The position numbers were made by a program, and so were the translations under genes. Positions 9,760 through 19,345 of a stretch of 64,000 nucleotides of DNA are shown piece by piece. The notes beneath the pieces are model-generated. The model had not been told where the DNA came from and searched no databases. It saw nothing but the letters and a program-made list of their open reading frames with translations. How positions within the stretch are numbered: position 1 is the first letter of the stretch; each line of letters opens with the position of its first letter. Source of the stretch: Polyangiaceae bacterium. GTDB lineage: Bacteria; Myxococcota_A; Polyangia; Polyangiales; Polyangiaceae. Where the stretch lies: contig CBDCTZ010000011.1 of the NCBI GenBank assembly GCA_965222375.1, positions 160,001-224,000 on the forward strand, written 5' to 3'.

Positions 9760-9915
9760 GGACGTTGCTTACAACGTTTTGTGCGGCGTGTTCAGGCTTG
9801 CCTGTTTTCCCGAAGGCGCCCGCCGCCTACTCACGCAAAGATTGCGGAATCCGTCAGGTTGGCTCGGGAGGCTTCGACAGCCGCGATGGCACTGTGCGGG
9901 TTTGCGCTGGAGGCC

Positions 9916-11232
9916 TCAGCGCGAGTGGCGGAAGTTCTTGGCGTCGAGCTTTAGGCGACGCAGGGTTTCGTAGAGCACCGAGCGACTCATGCCGAGGCGC
10001 TTGCCGGCTTCCGCGACGTTGCCGCCGGTATCCGTCAAGGCCTGTGCGACACGAGCAGCCAGTTCCGTTTCCGCGTCGGGTTCGCTCAGCCGTGACAGAG
10101 ACGCGCTCATGACTTTGCCGACGTCCGCCGGTTCGATCTCCACGTGTCCTTGGTGCTTGGCGACTTCACCAGCGGCGTGGACCACATTTCTGAGTTCCCT
10201 CACATTGCCTGGGAAAGCGTGCAGCATCAGGCGCTCCAGAGCGTGGGCGGAAATGCCCACCTCGGTTCCCTGCAAGAAATGCAGCGCCAGGGCCGGCACG
10301 TCTTCGATGCGATCTCGCAAAGATGGCAAAACGATTCGCAACCCGGAGACACGGTGCAGCAGGTCACCGCGAAAATCTCCGGTTTCTACCAGGTCGTCTA
10401 CGTCCCGATTCGTCGCAGCCACGATGCGCACATTGACTCTCATGGCCCGATCTTCACCGACTGCGCGGACCTCGTCGGTCTCGAGTACGCGCAACAACTT
10501 GGCCTGAACCGCGGCGGGCAACTCGCCGATCTCGTCCAGGAACAGCGTGCCCCCGTCGGCAGTGCGAAATAGCCCCGCCCGGGTACCCACGGCGCCGGAA
10601 AACGCTCCGCGGGCGTGGCCGAATAGTTCTGCATCCACCAGTTCGTTCGGCACCGCCGCGCAGTTGAGGGCGACGAAGTTGCCGCTTCGATCGCTGTCAT
10701 CGTGCAGGGCCTGTGCGACGACCTCTTTGCCCGTGCCCGTGTCTCCAAGAATCAAGACAGGGCTTTTGGTCTTCGCAATCGTATCGATGACGATGCGAGC
10801 GTCGTCCAGGGCCGCGCCGCCCACGATGCCAGAGAACTTCTGCGCGACAATGCGTGGTCGCAGGTAGGGCGAGACATCCAGCACGACTAGCAGGGTCTTG
10901 CCGACACGGATGATGCTGCCGGGTGGTGCTGTTGCGCCGTGGGTCCCAATCGTTTCGCCGTTGACGGAAGTTCCGTTGCGGCTCCCGAGGTCAGTTACGA
11001 ATAGAGCGCTGCCTCGGTTGTCCAGGCGAACGTGAACTCGTGAGACACCTGCGTCTTCCACACTGAAGTCCGCGCTGATGTCGCGACCAACGGTGATGCT
11101 CGGGGTGACTGCATGAGCCGTCCAGGGGAGCTGACCGCGACAGTACGCTACCAGCACACCGAGAACTGGGTGTGCGTCCTGCCCAGCGCCGGGGTAGTCA
11201 AATGCGGCTTCGGTGACGGTTCGGTCGGGCAT
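9916..11232 (-). CDS. FHA-domain sigma54-dependent transcriptional activator (FHA-AAA+-Fis HTH)
   Basis: FHA GR..VSRVH..DLGSRNGT; Walker A GDTGTGKE; ELFGHARGAFSGA; LFLDEIG; FPGNVREL; HTH. Confidence 0.93.
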   Translation of the reverse strand: MPDRTVTEAAFDYPGAGQDAHPVLGVLVAYCRGQLPWTAHAVTPSITVGRDISADFSVEDAGVSRVHVRLDNRGSALFVTDLGSRNGTSVNGETIGTHGATAPPGSIIRVGKTLLVVLDVSPYLRPRIVAQKFSGIVGGAALDDARIVIDTIAKTKSPVLILGDTGTGKEVVAQALHDDSDRSGNFVALNCAAVPNELVDAELFGHARGAFSGAVGTRAGLFRTADGGTLFLDEIGELPAAVQAKLLRVLETDEVRAVGEDRAMRVNVRIVAATNRDVDDLVETGDFRGDLLHRVSGLRIVLPSLRDRIEDVPALALHFLQGTEVGISAHALERLMLHAFPGNVRELRNVVHAAGEVAKHQGHVEIEPADVGKVMSASLSRLSEPDAETELAARVAQALTDTGGNVAEAGKRLGMSRSVLYETLRRLKLDAKNFRHSR

Positions 11233-11245
11233 GGAGCGCAAGGAT

Positions 11246-11315
11246 TGTAAACTGGACCGATTCCGGACGTTTCGGCCAGGGGCGCCCGGAGCGTCCGGAC
11301 ACGGGGCAGTTTACA
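11246..11315. promoter_or_regulatory. Candidate bEBP upstream activator site: 9-bp perfect inverted repeat TGTAAACTG/CAGTTTACA enclosing two TCCGGAC direct repeats
   Basis: TGTAAACTG 11246-11254, CAGTTTACA 11307-11315; TCCGGAC at 11262 and 11294. Confidence 0.5.
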
Positions 11316-11339
11316 CACAAAAACCACCGAATTTGGGCC

Positions 11340-11355
11340 TGGCGCGTCCCTTGCT
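11340..11355 (+). promoter_or_regulatory. Sigma54 (-24/-12) promoter
   Basis: TGGCGCG-TCCC-TTGCT matches TGGCACG-N4-TTGCW with exact GG-N10-GC spacing, 24 bp before ATG 11379 and next to a divergent bEBP. Confidence 0.75.
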
Positions 11356-11378
11356 TTTCAAACAGCGGAGAAACCGCC

Positions 11379-13076
11379 ATGCGCCGCCCCCCAACCCCGA
11401 CCGCACCCGACCAGGACGAGCAAACCCTCACCCGCGAGGTCCCGGAAAGCACTGTGACGGAACTCGATGCGGCCGACCTCGAGATGCTCGCACCCGCACC
11501 AGTGTGCTCCGAGGTGACGGCGTCGATATCCGGCTTCCTGGGCGCGCCGGAGGCTCCCGCGGCCAAGCCTACCCCACGGCCGCTGCCGCGACGTTCCGCT
11601 CCGCCGCCGGCATCTCACTCCAGACTCCGAGCCGCGCGTGCGTACACTCCGCCTCCTCCCAGCGACGGTCAGGGAACTACCCCGGCGTGCCCACACCCGG
11701 TCCCCGCCTCACTGCAACGTGCATCGTGGCCGCGGCCAACCCCGCCCCCAACCAGCGCGCCACTCCCTCCCGTGGTTCCGCCTCCCGCGCCCGGCGCAGC
11801 GCTACCCCCATTGACTCCTCCGCCGCCTGCACCCAACGCAGCGCTACCCCCACTGACTCCTCCGCCGCCTGCACCCAGCGCAGCGCTACCCCCACTGACT
11901 CCGCCGCCGCCTGCACCGAGCGCGACGCTACCTCCGCTTACCCCGCCACCCGAGCCGCCTCGAACCCAGCGGCCACCGGCGAGCTCGCCCCCGGTGTCGA
12001 TTCCCCAGCTGTTGCCGCCGCCCGCGTTCCCACCGGCACCGGTTCAAGCTTACACGGTGAAGCCCTCGGAACCACCGCGCCAGGTTCGAAAAGCCTCTCA
12101 GCCGCCACCTTCACGGGTCAGCAATGCACCCGAGCCGCCATCCGTGTCGGTCGCCCCCGCGCTTGCCGCGAAGGAAGTGCCGTCGCCCCACGCGTTCTAC
12201 TCGCCCGGGCCCCCACAGCGCACCGAAGGAACTCGAGTCTTGTCGGCGCCGCCAACGGCTCCGAGCTACCCGCCCGTCGTGTCGCCGACCAAGGTGGCCC
12301 GCCGCCCCTCGTTTCGCTCCCCCCCTTCGGTCACTTCGATCCTGGCCCAGGCGCGTCGCTCGTCGCTGCTGCGCAAGCCGCATGTGCCCGTCGCCCTGGG
12401 AGGCATCGCAGGGTTTGTTCTCTTTCTGGGAGTTTGGCTGCTGGCTCGGCCCAGTCCGGCGGTTGCGGTCCCGGCTCAATCGACGGAAACCGTTCGAGTC
12501 GAGCCCGCGGCGGCGGCTCCCACGGCGCCCGCACAGACCCCCGCACCCTTGCATGCCGCGCCGGTGCTTCCGCCACAACCGACCTACGCGCCCGCGGCTC
12601 CTCCACAGCCCGTGTACGCCCCGCGCCCCGCGCAGCAGTTCGCGCATGCGCCCCATGCCGGCTACCGCTGCACGCATCCCTCCTGCCCGGCCCCAGCGTA
12701 CGTTTTTCCGCAACCGACGGCTGCAGCGCCCGACCACATACCCATCTCGCCTGGTCAGCTTCCGCTTTCGACCTTCGCCCCGGCGCAGGCCGCGGTTCCA
12801 GCCGCAAAGCCGGCCGCCGCCCCCAAGTCGGCGCCGCGGCGAGCACGCCAGGCGGTGGGACAAGCAACCGTGAACCTCAACTCAATTCCTGTCTCAAACG
12901 CTGTCCTGGACGGGCGACCACTGGGTAGCACACCGATCACGGGCATTCGCGTTCGTCCGGGCAGCCACACCGTCACGTTCATCCATCCAACCCTGGGTCG
13001 CCGACAGACCACGATCTTCGTCGGCCCAGGTCAGAAGAAGGCAGCCTTTGCCCGCTTCAGCACGAACGACGAATGA
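11379..13076 (+). CDS. Pro-rich single-pass membrane protein with C-terminal PEGA domain
   Basis: GGAG RBS; long Pro-rich region; TM; PEGA NLNSIPVSNAVLDGRPLGSTP..VRPGSHTVTF. Confidence 0.85.
   Translation: MRRPPTPTAPDQDEQTLTREVPESTVTELDAADLEMLAPAPVCSEVTASISGFLGAPEAPAAKPTPRPLPRRSAPPPASHSRLRAARAYTPPPPSDGQGTTPACPHPVPASLQRASWPRPTPPPTSAPLPPVVPPPAPGAALPPLTPPPPAPNAALPPLTPPPPAPSAALPPLTPPPPAPSATLPPLTPPPEPPRTQRPPASSPPVSIPQLLPPPAFPPAPVQAYTVKPSEPPRQVRKASQPPPSRVSNAPEPPSVSVAPALAAKEVPSPHAFYSPGPPQRTEGTRVLSAPPTAPSYPPVVSPTKVARRPSFRSPPSVTSILAQARRSSLLRKPHVPVALGGIAGFVLFLGVWLLARPSPAVAVPAQSTETVRVEPAAAAPTAPAQTPAPLHAAPVLPPQPTYAPAAPPQPVYAPRPAQQFAHAPHAGYRCTHPSCPAPAYVFPQPTAAAPDHIPISPGQLPLSTFAPAQAAVPAAKPAAAPKSAPRRARQAVGQATVNLNSIPVSNAVLDGRPLGSTPITGIRVRPGSHTVTFIHPTLGRRQTTIFVGPGQKKAAFARFSTNDE
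11787..11950 (+). repeat. 4 x 42-bp coding tandem repeat (AALPPLTPPPPAPx)
   Basis: Units start at 11796, 11838, 11880 and 11922. Confidence 0.85.
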
Positions 13077-13097
13077 TTCGGACGACGAATGATTCGG
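13066..13097 (+). repeat. Perfect 16-bp tandem duplication ACGACGAATGATTCGG spanning the stop codon
   Basis: Copies at 13066-13081 and 13082-13097. Confidence 0.9.
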
Positions 13098-13119
13098 AGT
13101 CGGAACCCTAGGAGCAGCT

Positions 13120-13449
13120 ATGGAACGTCGTGTCAGCCCACGAACTAAGACCAGCGTTGCTCTGACGGTCCGCCGCGGAGACCAGTCCTTCGTGGCTCGT
13201 TGTGTCGAGCTGTCTCAAACTGGAATGCTGGTTCGTACTCGCAAAGCGCTTCGCGAAAGTGCATGGCCCTACCTGTCCGCTACCCTCGAGCTGCCTTGCG
13301 GTGATGTGACGGTTCTGGCTCGCCGGGTTGGGACACGTGGAGACAAAGTCGCGTATGCATTCGTGGTGGTCGACGAGGTGTCCCAGGCGCGGCTCACGGA
13401 TCACCTGTTCGAGGTCATGGCCAAACGCCACCGCCGCCGTGCCGCCTAG
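13120..13449 (+). CDS. PilZ domain protein
   Basis: ERRVSPR (RxxxR) and ELSQTG (D/NxSxxG-like) motifs; AGGAG RBS. Confidence 0.8.
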   Translation: MERRVSPRTKTSVALTVRRGDQSFVARCVELSQTGMLVRTRKALRESAWPYLSATLELPCGDVTVLARRVGTRGDKVAYAFVVVDEVSQARLTDHLFEVMAKRHRRRAA

Positions 13450-13517
13450 CGGGCGCAACGACAAAGACAGCCGCATCGCCGCCTGACATGGCCTCGCGCC
13501 TGGACTAGAGTCCGATT

Positions 13518-14198
13518 GTGGTGGCGTTTCTCAGTAGAGGTCCGAGCCGTTGCCCAGCCGCCTCGCGCCGCGCGCTACCTTTAGGTGCGGCATTGGCTGC
13601 GGCGTTGGAGGCCTGTTCCGTCGAGCTTGGCCCCTGGCCTCCAAGTCGGATGCTGCTGCTGCCGGGGACGCAACCGGCGATGCGGGGGTGGATGGCTGCG
13701 TGGGGTGTTCCCACGCGACGGCGTCGGATGGCTGTCCGGCGGGGCTCACCAGTTGGGCTTCCGGTCGATGCTGCTCGCTTGAGCTGAACCTCGAGTTCAA
13801 GGATACGGTCACCTCAGGCGTCGTGCTTCACGGGGAAATAGCCATCGTGTACGGAGCGCGCGCTTCGCGGCCCTGGTTTGCACGCGTCGATCGCTGCAGT
13901 GGAGCCATCCTGGCCGAGTCATCGGACTTCGTGTCCGAGGACGGACAGCTTCGGCGTTCTGCTTGGTCTTCCTGCGGGCTTCCATGACACGACGTCCCCC
14001 AGTTTCGAAACGACGCTCACCGATGTGAACGAAGTGCGCGGCGTGCGCTTCGAACCCGAGCCCATCCGGACAAAAACGTCGGCAGATCCCCTTCCCGCTG
14101 CCCTGAAATCCAGAGCATTCCGGATCGGCGCGCTGTCACGTCCGGACACCTGCAAGGGCGGCAGCGCGATCGGGTCGCCTGAGGTCGGCTCGCGCTGA
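13518..14198 (+). pseudogene. Probable frameshifted lipoprotein remnant
   Basis: Signal/lipobox-like RRALPLGAALAAALEAC in frame 13518; DAAAAGDATGDAGVDGC and Cys-rich part in frame 13550; possible continuation in frame 13878. Confidence 0.4.
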
Positions 14199-14225
14199 CT
14201 CTGGGTCACTGATAGTCTGTGGCAG

Positions 14226-14990
14226 ATGCGCCTCGGACTGCTGCTGCTCTGCGTCGCCTGCTCGACGCCTACGTTCACGGAGGTGGACAAGAGCGATGCC
14301 TCCGCGGATTCCAGCGCGGGGAGCGGTGGGCTCGTGGGCAGCGGCGGTGGTTTTCCGAGTGGCGGCGCATCGGGAGCGAGCGGCACAGCGGGGGCGAGCG
14401 GCGGCTCCGCGGGAAGCGGCGGCGCGGGAGCGACGGGGGGCAGTGGCGGCGCGACCGGTGGAAGCGGCGGCGTCGGAGCCACGGGTGGGAGTGGCGGCAG
14501 TGGGACGGGCGGCGTGTCCACGGGCGGCGCGACGGGCACCGGTGGCGCACCGTGCACGGCGAGTGGTCAGAGTTGTTCTGGAGGGACCAAGTGCTGCGGC
14601 ACCGTCGCGTGCACGGGCGGAAAGTGCTGTAGCGCCTTCGAGAAGTGGTGCGGCACGGCGGCGGATTGCTGCGACGCGACCATGAAGTGCTCCAATGTGC
14701 AAAACCTGGACAACCTGGCGTGTTGTCACGGCTTGGGGACGAGTTGTTCCACTGGGCCCGATTCGTGCTGCTTCGGTGAAAACCTCATCTGCGGGCAGGA
14801 CAACAAGTGCTGCAAAAAGGCGCTTGCGACATGTTTGCAAGTTGCGGAATGCTGCTTGGGGTCTGTGTGCTCGGTTTCCAACGTGTCACCGACGGTAAAG
14901 CGATGCTGTTGGCCCAAGGGCGTTGACTGTCCCAGCACTCATGCCCAGTGCTGCAACGGTTGCGACACCGGCACGGGGAAGTGCAAGTGA
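14226..14990 (+). CDS. Gly-rich, Cys-rich lipoprotein
   Basis: MRLGLLLLCVAC lipobox; GGSGG linker; repeated CC motifs. Confidence 0.8.
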   Translation: MRLGLLLLCVACSTPTFTEVDKSDASADSSAGSGGLVGSGGGFPSGGASGASGTAGASGGSAGSGGAGATGGSGGATGGSGGVGATGGSGGSGTGGVSTGGATGTGGAPCTASGQSCSGGTKCCGTVACTGGKCCSAFEKWCGTAADCCDATMKCSNVQNLDNLACCHGLGTSCSTGPDSCCFGENLICGQDNKCCKKALATCLQVAECCLGSVCSVSNVSPTVKRCCWPKGVDCPSTHAQCCNGCDTGTGKCK

Positions 14991-15106
14991 GTCTGAGCGG
15001 GCGGCCGCGCGCTCAGCGACACGCTTGGCCCAGGGCGGGAGTAGTGGCCTAGGCTGACCCAGTCCCGCGACCCCAACCCCAATCAGGAACCGCAGCCTCC
15101 CCCTGG

Positions 15107-15811
15107 TCACCAACGGATCGTCGACGCGTCGACGCGCTGTTCGTTTACCTGGTCGGAGGCGATGACACCGTCCGCCAAGCTGACGACTCGATCGGCGACC
15201 TGCGCGGCTGGCGCGTTGTGCGTGATGATGGCTGTTGCAGTTTTGAGCTCGTCGTTGACCCGGCACAACACTTCCAGCACCTGTACGCCAGTCTTGTAGT
15301 CCAAGGCGCCGGTGGGCTCGTCGCACAGCAAGACCTGTGGGTTCTTTGCCACGGCCCGGGCGATGGCCACTCGTTGTTGTTCGCCCCCGGATAGCTGCGA
15401 TGGAAAGTGCGTGAAGCGTTCGGCCAGGCCCACCATGGCGAGAGCCTCTCGGGGGGTCATTGGGTCTTCTGCGATCTCGGTGACCAGGGCGACATTTTCT
15501 TCGGCCGTGAGGCTGGGGATCAAGTTGTAGAACTGGAACACAAAGCCGACGTGTTCGCGCCGGTAGCGCGTAAGAGCGCTTTGTTCCGCTCCGTGCAGGG
15601 GAGTTCCCCGGTAGTGCACGGTGCCGGAGGTCGGCACATCCAGCCCGCCCAAGATGTTGAGCAGCGTACTCTTGCCGCTGCCGGATGCTCCGAGGAGCAC
15701 CAAGAGCTCACCTTCAGACAGGTGGAAGTCCACCCCGCGCAAGGCATGTACGTCCACCTCGCCCATGCGGTAGGTCTTGGTCAGGCCAACCGCTTTCAGG
15801 ACCTCGCTCAC
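15107..15811 (-). CDS. ABC transporter ATP-binding protein (LolD/MacB-like)
   Basis: [34 protein letters not shown]. Confidence 0.95.
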   Translation of the reverse strand: MSEVLKAVGLTKTYRMGEVDVHALRGVDFHLSEGELLVLLGASGSGKSTLLNILGGLDVPTSGTVHYRGTPLHGAEQSALTRYRREHVGFVFQFYNLIPSLTAEENVALVTEIAEDPMTPREALAMVGLAERFTHFPSQLSGGEQQRVAIARAVAKNPQVLLCDEPTGALDYKTGVQVLEVLCRVNDELKTATAIITHNAPAAQVADRVVSLADGVIASDQVNEQRVDASTIRW

Positions 15812-16452
15812 TTGTGGCCTCCGGGCGTGCGGTGCGCCACGGCCAAGGAGTCTCCCTTGGAGCGCCCCCGATTCAACGCGCGCACTTCGATGTCGGAGAA
15901 GCCGGCTTCCCGCAGTGCACCAACAACTTCGCCTTCGCTGCGCTTCACGAAACCGTGATCCGTCACGGGACCGAACTCGTCTAACTTATCTTTGCTTCCA
16001 AACCCGATAACCAGGCGACCATCCGGCGCCAGCACCCGTCCTAGAGAGCTGAAGGCAGCAGGCAGATCCGGCCAGAAGTAGATGGTGTTGGTGGTGAGTA
16101 TTTTCGTAAACAAGCCGTCCGCCAAAGGCAGCTCCAAGACGTCGGCGGAAAGTAGAGTCAGGCGTCCACTTCGAATCAGGTTCCGCAGACTGCGCTGGCC
16201 TTCCGCCACGACGTCCGGTGAGAAGTCCACGCCAAAAAGCGGCCCGGCCGTCATCGTTGCTGCTCGCCGCAAGGCGCGACCTCCACCAAAGCCCAGGTCC
16301 AGCAGTGCATCGTCCTTTTGCAGTTCGAGGGCGTTCAAGCATTCCTCGATCAAGTCGGCATTGCCCCGGTTCAGCGCACGCGTCATGACCCAACGACCGA
16401 AGCGGCCCGAAGGACGTCGGAGTTGCGCGGCAAGGAGCTTCGCGAAAGGCAC
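15808..16452 (-). CDS. Class I SAM-dependent methyltransferase
   Basis: [29 protein letters not shown]. Confidence 0.9.
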   Translation of the reverse strand: MPFAKLLAAQLRRPSGRFGRWVMTRALNRGNADLIEECLNALELQKDDALLDLGFGGGRALRRAATMTAGPLFGVDFSPDVVAEGQRSLRNLIRSGRLTLLSADVLELPLADGLFTKILTTNTIYFWPDLPAAFSSLGRVLAPDGRLVIGFGSKDKLDEFGPVTDHGFVKRSEGEVVGALREAGFSDIEVRALNRGRSKGDSLAVAHRTPGGHK

Positions 16453-16556
16453 GGTCCCTGGACGCTAGCAGACTGTGTGGGCTTTGCCTGTCTTTGCCCG
16501 CGGGGCGGCCCGCGCCGATTCTGGTCACCGGGGCAGGGCTGATCTAGCGTGGCGGC

Positions 16557-18239
16557 GTGGCTCCCAACACCGCGATTGCGTTGCGCAAGCTCGAGGGTGC
16601 GGCGCGCGAGTTCGGCCCCGGCTGCGCGGTCCGAAAGCTCGACCTGCTGCGCCATCTGTCACGCACGCGAATGACGTCAGCTGCGCAACTGTTGCGCTAC
16701 CACGAGGTGCTCTGCTTCCTTCGTGCCTACCCCGACGACTCGGAGTTGCTCTATCACGTCGTCGACCAGCTCTCGCGCTTTGGCGGACGCCCGGAGCTTC
16801 GGCGGTTTCGGGCCGCGTTGGTGGATACGGGGGTTGCCGGCGCGGCGATTCACTTTCCGTTTCATTGGGTGACGGCCCGCTGGCTGTGCCAGCACTTCGC
16901 GGACCTGCTGCATGTGGACTGGGACGCCTTTGGTGAGCGGGAAGCCGATCGCTTCGAGCAGGTTCTGCCTCTGCTGCTGCCTTATGCGGAGTGGCCCGAC
17001 TTCGACTTGAAGATGGGCCCGAAGCAGTGGTTGTATCGACTGAAGGGCGACCACGAAACCGACGCCAGCTTTCTGGTGAGACGCTTTGTCGCGCTGGAGG
17101 TCGACCCGAGGGTGCGGGAGAGCCTCTTCCACGACCTAGGCAAGCCCATGCGGCTCGATCCGGGAGAGATCACGCCGTCGAGGACTCACGCTTGGCTTCC
17201 AACCCGTGACATTGCCTATCAATCTCGGCCTTTGTCCCGGCAGCGACCCGATCTTCGGCGGCTGCTGAAACCAAGAAGTGTCAGGACGGTTCGACCCAAA
17301 GCGGCGACGCAGATCATCGACCTTGCCCGTGCGGCAATGATCTCCCGAGGTCGCGACTTGGACGGCATCATGTACGCGCACCCAAAGGACGTGCGCTTAG
17401 TGGACGCGGGAGGTGGACTCAGCTTGGCCTGCTTGGGGTTGCAGCCGGAGCATCGAGCGCTGGTGGAGGCTATCTACGTTTTCTTGCTGCTGAAGAATGG
17501 CGTGCCCATCGGCTATTTTCAGTCCGCGCTCCTTTTCGAGTCTGCCGAAGTGAACTTCCACATCTTCCCTAGCTTTCGGGGGGCGGAGGCGGCGGACACA
17601 TACGCCCGCTGCTTGAGCGTGGTGCGCCACCTGTTCGGAGTGGATACGTTCTCCATTCATCCGTATCAGCTCGGCCACGAAAACAAGGACGCGCTGGAGG
17701 CCGGCGCGTTTTGGTTCTACGCCAAGCTTGGCTTTCGCCCTGAAGAACCCAAGACCCTGGCGCTCTTCGAGCGAGAGGTCAGGGCGATGCGTCGACGCCC
17801 AGGGCATCGTTCCGCGAAGGCGACTCTGGAGCGCTTGGCACGCAACCAGGTGTACCTGTACCTCGGGAAAAAGCGGGACGATGTCGCGGGCAAGGTGCGG
17901 CTTTCAGCGTTCGCGTTGGTTGTGAGCGACTATCTGGCGCACCACTACGGTGCAGAGCGTGAACGGGGGCTTGCCGAGTGCGGTCGCGAAGCAGCCGTCT
18001 TGCTGGGAGTCGCTCCCACTCGCTGGCGCGGTCCGGAGCGTTTGGCCTGGGAGCGTTGGGCGCCATTGGTCCTTGCACTTCCGGGGGTAGAGTGCTGGTC
18101 AGCGCGCGAGCGCAAGGCGCTGGGTGCCGTGATCCGCGCCAAGGGCGCTGACCACGAGCAGGAGTTCAGTCGGCGCCTGGATCGCTTCCCGAAGTTGCGC
18201 TCGGCGCTGATGGAGCTCTGTCGCCAAACACCGCTGTAG
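16557..18239 (+). CDS. Hypothetical protein with possible GNAT-like domain
   Basis: Long uninterrupted 560 aa ORF; FPSFRGAEAA and AFWFYAKLGFRP resemble GNAT motifs A and B. Confidence 0.65.
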   Translation: MAPNTAIALRKLEGAAREFGPGCAVRKLDLLRHLSRTRMTSAAQLLRYHEVLCFLRAYPDDSELLYHVVDQLSRFGGRPELRRFRAALVDTGVAGAAIHFPFHWVTARWLCQHFADLLHVDWDAFGEREADRFEQVLPLLLPYAEWPDFDLKMGPKQWLYRLKGDHETDASFLVRRFVALEVDPRVRESLFHDLGKPMRLDPGEITPSRTHAWLPTRDIAYQSRPLSRQRPDLRRLLKPRSVRTVRPKAATQIIDLARAAMISRGRDLDGIMYAHPKDVRLVDAGGGLSLACLGLQPEHRALVEAIYVFLLLKNGVPIGYFQSALLFESAEVNFHIFPSFRGAEAADTYARCLSVVRHLFGVDTFSIHPYQLGHENKDALEAGAFWFYAKLGFRPEEPKTLALFEREVRAMRRRPGHRSAKATLERLARNQVYLYLGKKRDDVAGKVRLSAFALVVSDYLAHHYGAERERGLAECGREAAVLLGVAPTRWRGPERLAWERWAPLVLALPGVECWSARERKALGAVIRAKGADHEQEFSRRLDRFPKLRSALMELCRQTPL

Positions 18240-18356
18240 CCAACCGCCACGCAATTTGCACTTCAACGTCGACTTTGCGTCGCAAAACTCGATTGTTGGT
18301 GCGGCGTCGAGCGAATCCGACTTGGCAGGCCGCCCCCGGGCTGATAACGACGCCGC

Positions 18357-19175
18357 GTGGCGCGCAGCAACCTTTTCGTTCGATTGATGACCGCTGTCGT
18401 CGTCGTGCCACTGATGTTGGCGCTTCTCTTCGTCGCGCCGGCCTGGGCTTGGTACATCCTAGTCTTCGTGGCGTGCGCGGTCGGCGCTTCCGAACTCTTC
18501 GGAATGACTCACCCCGGTGACCGCGTGGCGCAGGCGCTTGGCGTTTTGATGACGATTGGTGTGTCCGCTGCGGTGTACTTCGCCACGGACAACTCACGGG
18601 TACTCCTGGGTGTGCTCTGCGCCGTGCCCATCATCGGTGTGTTGTTGCCCTTGTGGCGACTCGGGGACATCAGCTCCGCGGGGCTCCGCATCATGGCCAA
18701 CGTTGCGGGGCCGCTGTACATCGGCGTGTTGCTGACCACGATTGGATTGCTGCGCCGCGATCAGGGAGATTTTGGCGCCCACTACGTCGTGATGACCCTG
18801 ACCTTCGCCTGGTTTGGCGACACCGGCGGTTACTTTGCTGGTCGGTTCTTGGGCAAGACGAAATTGTACGAAGCCGTCAGTCCCAAGAAAACCCGGGCGG
18901 GATTCGTCGGTTCTCTAGCCGGCTCAGCTCTCGGCGCGACCGTCGCCTCTCTCTGGTATCTGCCGAGCATCCCCTTGGCGCACGCCATCCCGCTGGCCGT
19001 CGTGGCGGGCGCGCTGGGGCAGCTGGGTGACCTGGTGGAATCTTTGATCAAGCGTTCCACGGGAATCAAAGACTCCGGCTGGATAGTGCCCGGCCACGGA
19101 GGCATTCTCGATCGTATCGACGCTTTGCTCATCGTGAGCCCGATCGTGTGGGCATACACGGTCTGGCTTAGCTGA
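18357..19175 (+). CDS. cdsA: Phosphatidate cytidylyltransferase
   Basis: DTGGYFAGR, VSPKKT, GDLVESLIKRSTGIKDSGWIVPGHGGILDRID signature. Confidence 0.95.
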   Translation: MARSNLFVRLMTAVVVVPLMLALLFVAPAWAWYILVFVACAVGASELFGMTHPGDRVAQALGVLMTIGVSAAVYFATDNSRVLLGVLCAVPIIGVLLPLWRLGDISSAGLRIMANVAGPLYIGVLLTTIGLLRRDQGDFGAHYVVMTLTFAWFGDTGGYFAGRFLGKTKLYEAVSPKKTRAGFVGSLAGSALGATVASLWYLPSIPLAHAIPLAVVAGALGQLGDLVESLIKRSTGIKDSGWIVPGHGGILDRIDALLIVSPIVWAYTVWLS

Positions 19176-19345
19176 CTCTGAATGCCTGCGTAGTGTTCCT
19201 CGCTGCCCTCCAGGGCTAACGCTTGTCATGTCCGTTCGCGTCTAACGCGCCGCGTCGTTGCAAAAAGTCGGGCGCAGGCTTTAATCCGGGCGAAATCAAT
19301 CGGGGTCTCGCGTGTGAGCTAGGACCCGAGGAGCAAGAGAATCTC

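Noticed and set aside
11213..12928. Long overlapping alternative-frame ORFs (here and throughout the window)
   Set aside because: Expected in high-GC DNA; they have Arg/Ala/Pro-rich noise composition and overlap motif-supported genes
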